Part shown: positions 28,960 through 39,700 of the stretch, in pieces
How the letters are laid out: every line of letters begins with the position of its first letter
How positions within the stretch are numbered: the stretch's first letter is position 1
NCBI GenBank assembly: GCA_020137815.1
Contig: CM035362.1
Coordinates: 2,852,001 to 2,916,000, forward strand
Length of the DNA: 64,000 nucleotides
Direction of reading: 5' to 3'
Source: Hormiphora californensis
Taxonomy: Eukaryota; Animalia; Ctenophora
Notes under the pieces: generated by a model
What the model saw: the letters and a program-made list of their open reading frames with translations, nothing else
Databases searched by the model: none
Told to the model about the DNA's origin: nothing
Translations under genes and position numbers: made by a program

Positions 28960-30404
28960 TACCACAAGTATGCTGCCTGAAGCATGCATTTTCACATTGG
29001 AATCCACTAATTAATTAATTGCGTAATTTATTAATCACCATTACCACCAGAACTAACCATAATTACCACTGATATAGGTCGATGAAGATCTTTGTCTGGT
29101 GCTACCGACCGGAGCCAGAGTTGGTCATCGTAGCATGAAGATATACTTTAAACAAAATCTCTCACTTGTGGAGAGGACTAGTAGGAACAGATCTGCCCGA
29201 ATTCAACTGCTAAGGTGAGTTAGGCGCAGGCAATAATATTGCTACTTTGTCAAACTTATATTATGTGGATATAAAGGGCAGCGAAGTGAACAGATCCGTC
29301 CGAATTCAACTGCTAAGGTGAGTTAGGCAGGAGGGAGTTGGAAGATTTTAAAAAGCGATAGGATTTCTACTTTGTCAAACTTATATTATGTGGATATAAA
29401 GGGCAGCGAAGTGAATTGTGGGGAGCTAGCGGAAAACAAGGTGTTAGAGAACTGAAACAAGTTCAATGTTAACTCATTCAATAGAGAACTTGGAGCTTCT
29501 ATTATTAGACAGACTGGTGGGGAAAGAGCGTTTCGATCTTAGGAGAGACTAGTTAGAGGAAGAGCTTTTTTCCATCGTGGTGACAACACATCTAACAACT
29601 AACATCCTGATGACTCGTTATGTGATTAAAGGAGGAAACTGAGAAGGTTGTCCACCCATTATAGAAGAGAAGATAAATAAGAAAAGAAATAGGGACACAA
29701 CTCTCTAATTTACAATTACTATCCCTTACAAAACTTACAAAGCTTTTTCCATCGGTATGACAACACAGCTAACAACTAACATGTCTTCTGATGACTCGTT
29801 ATGTGATTAAAGGAGGAAACTGGACAACCTTCTCAGTTTCCTCCTTTAATCACATAACGAGTTATCAGGAGACATGTTAGTTGTTAGCTGTGTTGTCATA
29901 CTGATGGAAAAAGCTTCTCCCCCACGTACCAGTCTGTCTAATGATCGAAGTAATTGTAAATTAGTGTCCACTTGGAGCTTCGATCATTAGACAGACTGGT
30001 ACGTGGGGGAGAAGCTAACACTTGATACTAATTTACAATTACATACTATCCCTAACACTTGATACTAATTTACAGGGATTACCGAGCCATCGGGTGGCAT
30101 GGAGGTGAGGCGGGACGAGTGGCGCTCAAGGCAGAGAAGCGAGAACAAATGAGGGCGAAGAAGGAGAATTTGAGGCTGAACATTAAGGCAAACAAGTTCC
30201 AAACCTACTTCCGACCTCAAGTGATCTTCTAGATTTCCATGATCTTTGTTTTCGTTTTAAAAAGTTTTACGGTTTTAGAAATCGATTGTGGTTTTTCTTG
30301 TGGCGAGACAAAATAGAATGTTGACCTCAAGGTCGAAAGAGACAGAAACAGATTTCCAAAGAACACTTTGTAACCAAATCCCATTAGCTAACAGTAGTTA
30401 GAAC

Positions 30405-30810
30405 ATGGTTGGAGAGAGAAGGGAAGGGAGGAAACGATCCATGAGTCCTGAACGTCGCCCTCGGTAAAGTATTTTGTAAAGATCAACTTGAACTAGAATG
30501 AGAATTCGATAACATTTTATACCCCCTGTTTTAATGAAAATATAACAAACTCAACAAAAATATATGCTTTTTATGTCTTGAAAACTGAAAATATATCCTG
30601 AGTTGGATAACAAATATCACCAATAACCTCACTTCTTATCTCAGCGGTGGAGATCGTGAAATGGACCGAAACAGGGACCGGGAACCCGACCGAAAGACCG
30701 GGGGACCCGACCGAAACTAGTAGACGCGGGAACCCGACCGCATGAGACGACCAGAGATAGGGACAGGGGAAAGAGACCACGTGGTGATCGAGATCGAAAC
30801 CGTGATTAAA
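30405..30810 (+). other. DDX23: Inverted second copy of the DDX23 5' exons, degrading into low-quality sequence
   Basis: atggttggagagagaagggaagggaggaaacgatccatgagtcctgaacgtcgccctcg|gtaaag and gatcgtgaaatggaccgaaacagggaccgg match the reverse complement of 33200-33600. Confidence 0.75.
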
Positions 30811-32825
30811 AAAATAGGGGAAAAAAACCAAGGAGAGGGGAAAACGGGAGGCAGTTAAGGGTATTTTAAAAAGGTGTTTATTAGGGGGAAAGAGGAAAGG
30901 AGGGAGAAGGGGGGGAAAGGAGAAAGAGAGAGAGAGAAGGAAAGAGAAAAGCTGACTTGTTAGAAAGGATGGAGAGTGGAAGGTCGGAGAGAGGTGTGTG
31001 TGGAACTCACTACCACTAATGTGGGGGGGGAGGACCTTGTGGAGGGCGCCCATTACGCTTTTTCCAAAAGGTTCCCTCCCCCCCAGGGGGAGAAGGGGAG
31101 GGGAGGAATAGGGCTTATAATGAGTATAAGTTTCAAATTTTTTCTAAAACTCCGTAAGTGGATTGGTGAAAATAAAACTTTTTGTTTTCCTTTTTAAAAA
31201 GGGAGAACGAATTGGGCTATAAAAAAAAGGGAAAAAAAAACGCTTATTTTTTTTAACCTTATTTTTTTCCCGGGAAAATTTAATTTTTTTTTTTTTTAAA
31301 GAATTGGGAAAAAAAAGGGGAAAAAAACCCCAAAATTCTACCATATTAAGGGAAAAAACCCCAAAAAAACCCCTTGTTTTCGGAAAATTGACCAAAATTT
31401 TTTGGTTTAAAAGGTAAAAAACCATAAAAAAATTGTTTAAAATTGATAAAAAAATAAAAAAAATTTTTTTGTTCCCATATCCCTTTTTTTCCCTTATCAT
31501 AAGAAGGAAAATTTTAAAAAAGGAAACAAAAAAAAAAAACAAAAAGAATATTTTTTGGCCAATTTTAATTTTGGTTGAAAAAACAAAGCGGTAATTTCTG
31601 GGGCCCCCCTTTTTTTTTTGTTTAAAAACCCCCCCCCCGGGGGGGGGGTTTTTTTTTTTTTAAAAAATTTTTTTTTGGGGGGGGGGGGGGTGTTTTTTCG
31701 TTTGGGTTTTTTTTCCCCCCTTTTGGGTTTCCCTTTTTTTTTTTTTTTGGGGGCCTGAAGGTGAATGGGATACCAAAATCAAGGTTGGAAGGATTTAAAT
31801 ATTATAAACAGGAACCGACCGCACAAAAAACCAACAAGACTCTTTATTAGGTTACGTGACGGGTTATCACCCAAATAGGGCCCATATTTCTATTCGTCTG
31901 TTCCTTCTACTCACGTCTCATAAACAATTTTAAAAACTCTCCCCTTTTTTCCCTCGCTCTTCATCGGCGGGGCCTTTTTCTGGTCTTAAACCCGGGGGAA
32001 ATAATAAAAATAAGGGTAAAACAATACTACATTAGTATTTTAACTAATAAAATCTTTTCGGATTTTTCAAAAATTTGATGCACTTCAAAAAACGTTCTTC
32101 TGAAGAGTGTGAAAAATTTATCTTTCTAAAATTCTGAAAATGAGTTCAAGCAAATTAAAAAGGGGGAAAAAAAATCAAAAAAAATCGAAAAAAAATTAGG
32201 TTTTTTGGTAGCTTAGGGGTTTTTATGCTCCAGCATGTCTCTCTGGAGGCCCCCTGGTTAAATTTCCCCCCGGAAAAAACCAAAAAGTTTTTTCGATTTT
32301 TTTCCCCCTATTTTTAATTCTTGCTCTGAACTCATTTAAAAATACTAATTAATCCTCCTTCCCCCGATTTCTGCCCGGTAGTGTGAGACCCCCCTTTAAC
32401 TGTTGTACGAGGCGTGTTTGTGTTATACCAAAGAAATTCAAAATATTTTCCCTTTATTTCTTTTCCGGGTTGTTGTAGAAAAAACCAGACTAATTTTGGC
32501 ATCACATGTGATCACTCAGTGTTTCCCTCCCGTTTTTTTTTTCCTTTTTTCTCTTTTTCCCCGCTTGGGTCGTTTTTTCCTTATCAAAATTTTGCGTTTC
32601 TTTTGGGCTTTTTTCCTTTTCCTTTCCCCCCGCTTTTTTTTTTTTTTGCCCAACCTCCCTCAGGAAAGGCTGGGGAGAGAGAAAAATAAAATCAAGACTG
32701 TTTTCTAGATAAAGGGATAAAAATATGGAAAATAATTAAAGGAATATTTATCATTGTACCTGTACAGTGTCTAGTTGTCGATGTATAACAGATTTTACGT
32801 GGTTAGAAAATAAAAGAAATGCTCA

Positions 32826-33600
32826 CCTCTCGTTTAGGTTTCACCTCATCTACCTCTTCTTCCACTGCAGGGCCGGGCTTATGCTGAAACACACAAAACA
32901 AACATTTAAATTTACAAACGTGACCGTATTACTGAACATTTTCAAGTGTGACTGTAACATATATTTTGTCCATTTATTTTGTTCAGTTATAAAATTGGGG
33001 AACGCCCCTTAGATATTCACCCCCCCCCCCTATTCCCCCTATATTCCCCCTATATTCACCTGTTGAGAATGTTCACCTCGAGAATCTGACGGCCTATCCG
33101 ATCTCTCCCTATCTCTGTCTCTATCCCTGTAATCCCTATCACGATCTCTATCTCGATCTCTGTCTCTATCTCGATCACGGTCCCTCTCTCTATCTCGCTC
33201 CCTATCCCTATCACGGTCTCGATCTCGATCACCACGTCGGTCTCTTTCCCTGTCTCTGTCTCTGTCTCCTCTGCGGTCGGGTTCCCGGTCCCTGGTTCGG
33301 TCGGGTTCCCGGTCCCTGTTTCGGTCGGGTTCCCGGTCCCTGTTTCGGTCCATTTCACGATCTCCACCGCTGAGATAAGAAATGAGGTTATTGGTGATAT
33401 TTTTTACCCAACTCAGGATATTTTCAGTTTTCAAGACATAAAAAGCATATTTTTGTTGAGTTTGTTATATTTTCATTAAAACAGGGGGTATAAAATCGAA
33501 TTCTCATTCTAGTTCAAGTTGATCTTTACAAAATACTTTACCGAGGGCGACGTTCAGGACTCATGGATCGTTTCCTCCCTTCTCTTCTCTCTCCAACCAT
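32826..33600 (-). CDS. DDX23: N-terminal RD/RS-rich exons of DDX23 (MVGERREGRKRSMSPERRPR...DRDRDRER...), separated from the rest of the gene by the inverted duplicate block
   Basis: ATG at 33600 after an acceptor; exons 33600-33542, ~33370-33060 (RD repeat) and ~32883-32826 (SPALQWKKR...). An Arg/Asp/Ser-rich N-terminus is typical of PRP28. The region 31.0-32.7 kb is degraded. Confidence 0.65.
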
Positions 33601-33640
33601 GTTCTAACTACAGGTAGCTAATGAGATTTGGTTACAAAGT
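33601..33640 (-). promoter_or_regulatory. Putative trans-splice (outron) acceptor 7 nt before the DDX23 ATG, within a 172-bp intergenic gap
   Basis: Minus strand ...ctcattagctacctgtag|ttagaacATG; ZNF622 stop codon at 33773. Confidence 0.55.
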
Positions 33641-33772
33641 GTTCCTTGGAAATCTTTTTCTGTCTCTTTCGACTTTGAGGTCAACATTCTATTTTGTCTC
33701 GCCACAAGAAAAACCACATTTGATTTCTAAAACCGTAAAACTTTTTAAAACGAAAACAAAGATCATGGAAAT

Positions 33773-36700
33773 CTAGAAGATCACTTGAGGTCGGAAGTAG
33801 GTTTGGAACTTGTTTGCCTTGATGTTCAGCCTCAAATTCTCCTTCTTCGCCCTCATTTGTTCTCGTTTCTCTGCCTTGAGCGCCACTCGTCCTGCCTCAC
33901 CTCCATGCCACCCGATGGCACGGTAATCCCTGTAAATTAGTGTCAATTGTTAGGGATAGTAATTGTAAAATAGTATCAATTGTTAGGGATAGTAATTGTA
34001 AAATAGTATCAATTGTTAGGGATAGTAATTGTAAAATAGTATCAATTGTTAGGGATAGTAATTGTAAAATAGTATCAATTGTTAGGGATAGTAATTGTAA
34101 AATAGTATCAATTGTTAGGGATAGTAATTGTAAAATAGTATCAATTGTTAGGGATAGTAATTGTAAAATAGTATCAATTGTTAGGGATAGTAATTGTAAA
34201 ATAGTATCAATTGTTAGGGATAGTAATTGTAAATTAGTGTCAATTGTTAGGGATAGTAATTGTAAAATAGTATCAATTGTTAGGGATAGTAATTGTAAAA
34301 TAGTATCAATTGTTAGGGATAGTAATTGTAAAATAGTATCAATTGTTAGGGATAGTAATTGTAAATTAGTGAGTTTTTTGAGAGCTCTCCCTATTTCTTT
34401 TCTTATTTATCTTCTCTTCTATAATGGGTGGACATTGTCCACCCATTATAGAAGAGAACTTGGAGCTTCTATTATTAGACAGACTGGTGGGGGAGAAGCT
34501 TTTCCATCGGTATGACAACACAGCTAATAACTAACATGTCTTCTGATGACTCGTTATGTGATTAAAGGAGGAAACTGGACAACCTTCTCAGTTTCCTCCT
34601 TTAATCACATAACGAGTTATCAGGAGACATGTTAGTTGTTAGCTGTGTTGTCATACCGATGGAAAAAGCTTCTCCCCCACCAGTCTGTCTAATGATCGAA
34701 GCTCCAAGTTCTCTCTTGAATGAGTCTCTTAACATTTAACTTGTTTCAGTTCTCTAACTCCTTGTTTTCCGCTAGCTCCCCACAATTCACTTCGCTGCCC
34801 TTTATATCCACATAATATAAGTTTGACAAAGTAGCAATCTTATATTGCCTGCGCTTTTTAAAATCTTCCAACCCTACTCCCTCCTGCCTAACTCACCTTA
34901 GCAGTTGAATTCTTGCCGATCTGTTCCTACTAGTCCTCTCCACAAGTGAGAGATTCTGTTTAAAGTATATTTTCATGCTACGATGACCAACTCTGGCTCC
35001 AGTTGGTAGCACCAGACAAAGATCTTCATCGACCTATCAGTGGTAATTATGGTTAGTTCTAGTGGCAATGGTAATTAATAAGTTACACAATTAATTAATT
35101 AGTGGATCTAATGTGAAAATGCATACTTCAGGCAGCATACTTGTGGTATTAGCTTTCCGAAATACAATGACAATATATTCGTTACAATTTACAGACTTAT
35201 ATTACCTGTAGAGATCCTGATTTTGATTCCGGGTTAACATCATCTTTTTCTACCATTTCGTAATCAGGATAGGACGAGGAGAAATCATAGTAGTCTGAAT
35301 ACTCCAAATAGTTTTCACCTACAACCAATTAGTGGATAATTAATTATCCACATACATTACTAATCGATAACATTAATTGTTAGTTAGTTAGTATAATTAT
35401 TATAAATTTGTAACTAATTAATTATTAACTACCTTCAGTATTGATTATACAATGACCCTTATCAACCATGTGTTTCTGCACGGCCTCCAAAGATTGGAAC
35501 TCCCTTCCACTTTCGCCACATTTCAAACACTCATTATCTGCACCCACTTTTACACCTGTAGAAAGTAAACAAGTTAGCACCATATATGGGCATGACGTGA
35601 CATAAAAACACCATATTTGGGCATCATGTGAAATATAGTTAGCGGGGCCGGGGATTGTTGAAAAAACTAGGAGGATGAGGGAGAAAGTCTGTCATTAACA
35701 TGATTAAATCTGTACGTGTGCATGTGATCTGTTGCAGATTCTTATGAATCTCGAGATTAAGCCCCTATTTCAGCGGAACCTCCCCTTAGCGCCCACATAC
35801 CGACCAGCCGGGCGCCGACCCACACCCCTAAACCAAACTCTTGAGAGGGATTTTAATGAGATTTATAAGAGACTGCAACAGATCACACGCACACGTACAG
35901 ATTTGATGCCAGACGTTCTCCCCCATCCTCCTAGTATTTCAAACAATCCCCGCTAGCTATAGTATATATGTCACGTGATGCCCGAGAGAGATTAACGAGA
36001 TTCATAAGAAACTGCAACAGATCACACGCAGAGAACGCCCTTTGTGTTATCTGTAGCGGAGGGGGTGGTTGAGATTCTTTGAAATTTTCATGAACCTAAT
36101 CTGCATAAGAAAGCAAACTTCTTTTAACCTGAACCCTGAACAACTACTCCTCTAGAACGTCTCTACTCTCTAGAACTACTTTTGAGACTCTTTCCTAGGC
36201 TACTGATCTTCGCTTCCCCTTCTTTTTTGTTTAAGCGAGGAGATAATAGACATCCATCTTTCTAGATTAGCAAGTGTATGGCGATGATATCCCTGCCGGT
36301 TGTTACCATCCTAATTCTCCTTGCTCGCACGGCCTGCCCAGCTGTAATCCAGTTCTCGGGTACGTCCGATGCCACTGGTGGCGAGCCGGGGAAGGCGATT
36401 GATGGTAACTTGGTGACGTACTTTCAGTCAGATGCAATGGATGAAGAACACACTCTGACACTGACATCTCTCAACTCCTCAAGTCGTTACAAGTGTTACT
36501 GTGGTCAACTGTGTAAGTAATTTGTAACGGTGTTCTAGTTTAAACAAAATAGAGTCGGACCCCGATTTAACGGCAAAGGGGGAAAGGGGCAAAGGGGGGG
36601 GGGAAGGGTTTTGTACGTTAAATAAATCGGGGTCCGACTGTAATTATTTGATTGTTTTTCACCTGATTCTTTTCCCGATTATTTCTATTCAATACCTATC

Positions 36701-39700
36701 ATGAATCTACTACCGCAGGAATGACGATACTCTAAATGATTGGATCGCCGGTACACGGGTCTACCTCGTTCCTTCAACATCTTCATCCGGAGGTGGTGGC
36801 AGTAGCAGTAAGTAGTAAACACTAGGTTGTGCAGTAGCCAGCAGGAACCGACCGAAACAAGTAAACAACCAATCATAACTCGTTATTTAGGTCACGTGAC
36901 TGGTTATCAGCCAATCAGGGACCAGTATTTCCTGATTCGGTCGGTTACTGGTAGCCAGTATTATATGGAGCGAAAGACCTGCTCTCTCCTAGTTACAGTA
37001 ACAATGTTACTCTCCTCACAATGTTTTGAGTTTGATAGTGTCACAATTTATCAGCTTTATCTATTTCCATTTAATGGCAAATCATACATTTTTTTCAGGT
37101 TCGAGCTGTAGTAACGGCGACTGTACCTTCAAAAAAGAAACTTCGAAAAGTAACGATATTCTCTGTGGGAAGATAGAGTCAGCAGGAACGGGAGAAGCGG
37201 TGACTGTGAATTGTGAGGACAAGAGCACCTATACAACTGGTAGGTCAAAATTACCCTTCCGCAAAAGCTCACCGCTATATGCAATATAAAAACAGGGGTG
37301 AATTCGTAACCATTACCAGACTTTTAGTTTAGTCGAGTCTTTGACTTGGCTTAGCATCATTGATTGATACGAGTTAGTTAGTTAGTTACCCCCCCCCCCC
37401 AACACGCAGGAGTACAGCTAAGGGATGGCATCTGGACAGGTCCCAGTGGCACTCAAAATGTCATGGTTATTGCAGAGGTCTACGTAGATGTCACTGATCA
37501 GACGGTTACTGGGCCCGGTAAAGATATTCTCATGAAATCCCTATATAATTCATAAATCGATGCATATAAACTTAATGAAATACCCCCCCCCGGCCCCCCC
37601 GTAAGACTGTAAGAGTCTAATCGAGGAGTGGGATTGGGTCACTATATTAGGGTAATAATACATGATTAGTGACTAAATTTGGCTGGCGGTTTAGAGGAAA
37701 CCTTACCTCAGATATATACCCAACTACAAACCTCAGATATCCATTGGATATTATCCAACTACCCCAACTACAAACACCCTCGCGTGCCCCAGAAACTACC
37801 GTAACAAATACTTATCCCCCAACTACAAACACCGGGGGAGGGGGCAAATACCCTCGCGTGCCCCCACCAACTATTGCAACGGATACTTATCCAACTTACC
37901 TACCTAGACTGCCATGAATCATGATCAGTGCCCCCAACAACAACAACAAAACATAATATTCTTCACCCAAGAACCTAAGAACAACAAACAATATACTCAC
38001 CTAAGTAAGTGATGAATCCCTCGATATCGCTCAAGTATTCAGGGTCAGGAATGTAGAAGGAATGTTTGGTTGTCATGTGTTTAAGGTTCTTCTCCATATT
38101 CGAGCTCCAGTGACAGCAGAACAGACACTCGTTCACTCCCAGTCCCTCAAAGGAAACAAGAAAAGGGGAGAACGCAGAGAGCGCGGCGACGAGAGGAGAG
38201 GAGAGAGATGATCGAGACGAGGACCGAGAGAGACGGATCCCGGAAAGGGGGAAGAAGACGAGCACGAAGCAGGAGAGACTGCACGGTGTGAAGAGGGGGT
38301 GGCGTAGTGTTGATGAGGACGCGGAGGTAAAGAGAGAGAGAGAGGAGAGAGAAGAGGAGAGAGAGTAGGAGAGATGCGAGAGAGAGAGAGAGGGGGAGAG
38401 AGAGAGAGAAAAGTGAGAGAGCGAGAGAGTGAGAGAGCGAGAGTCCCTATTTTTAGTGCTAGATAATTGGGAAAGCATTCACTCGGACACGGTTGGAGAG
38501 GGAGCGGCCCATTACGCCTCCTCCCTAGGTAATGACCGCCTCCTCCCCTGAGATAAATTACTAATTACCAACTAATTACCAACTAATTACTAACTAATTA
38601 CTAACTAATTACTAACTACATACAGTTGGACCTCGATTTACCGAATGCTTGGGGGAATGCTTGGGGGAAAAGGAATGCTTGGGGGAAAAGGAATGCTTGG
38701 GGCAAAAGGTTTTGCCCGGTAAAGCGGGGTTCACGGTATGTCGAGGTCAAATACCGTTACTTTCCTATATCGGGGGGATTTTATCCTCCCGATCTTTGTC
38801 CAAGATCTGTTTTTCTAGATGTCTTCGTTTAAAACTCTCCTATGCGTTTTTTACTCTCTCTTTATTGTCTTTCTCTTTCCCAAATTTTTTTTAAATTCGG
38901 ATGCTCAACTTGGCAACCGTTCCTTCGTTTCTTTTTTTAGCTTAGTTTTTCCCAATCTCTATTCTCTCTCCCGTAGAGAGGAGTGCGGATGTATCTAGTG
39001 AGGGTTAGAGCTATCCTATCTCTCTCGCTTCTCTTGCTGTTATGGCTTACCCTTCTAATCTTTATTAATTAACGGGATGCTAACTTTGGGCCACCGGGCT
39101 CAAAGCGGGGTACTGCGTTTTAAGCGTGAGGGAAACACAACGGAGAGAGAGAGCGCGAGACGACGAGAGAGAGCGAGAGAGAGAGTACGAGAGAGAGAGA
39201 GGAGAGAGCGGAGCCAGCGATATGATCGCGAGCTACGAGGAGAGCTCGCCTCTCGCGCGTCGCTCTCTCGCTCTAGCGCTCGATCGTCCGAGATAGATCG
39301 CTAGATAGGAAGCGAGAGAGAGGAGAGAGATACTCAGATATAGAGCATCTAGCATCGTCCTCTCTCTCTCTCTCTCTTCCTCTCCCTCTCTCTCCCTCTC
39401 TCTCCCTCTCTTTCTCTATCTCTCTCCGTCAGTGTCCATGGGAGAAGAAGGAGGCTTACAGCTAACGGCATTGTTCAACTCGCTAACCGGTCTTCAAGCT
39501 TTGGTGCGTTTGATCCTTCACTTTGATCCACCTCGTACAATGTTTGGTTTAACTTTGCTGTCTCTTGTCCTTGTAACCGGATTGTTAGTCCCCTCGGAAG
39601 GGGCACCAGGTGGAAATCATGCGGCCATCCAATTCAAGTCTGGAAAGTTTTCCTCTACCCTTAAAGGGATACTGACATATTCAAATCGACCATCTCAAAT

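Larger units (their letters stand above)
21170..30231 (+). other. ZNF622: Inverted second copy of the 3' exons of ZNF622 (~21170-21350, ~23955-24055, 27254-27367, 29078-29214, 30076-30231); partial and partly low quality
   Basis: These exons are near-identical reverse complements of 38152-38019, 35556-35433, 35320-35206, 35034-34897 and 33931-33773. Confidence 0.8.

Noticed and set aside
30800-32700. Extreme homopolymer-rich sequence and Phe/Lys-rich ORFs
   Set aside because: Contains corrupted versions of known repeats and exons; best explained as low-quality long-read consensus.
33940-34515. 191-aa ORF (SIVRDSNCKIV)n
   Set aside because: Translation of a 30-bp intronic minisatellite, antisense to ZNF622.
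34540-34630. Possible box C/D snoRNA (tgatga...ctga) in a ZNF622 intron
   Set aside because: Box spacing is too short, the motif differs between copies, and no rRNA-complementary guide was recognisable.
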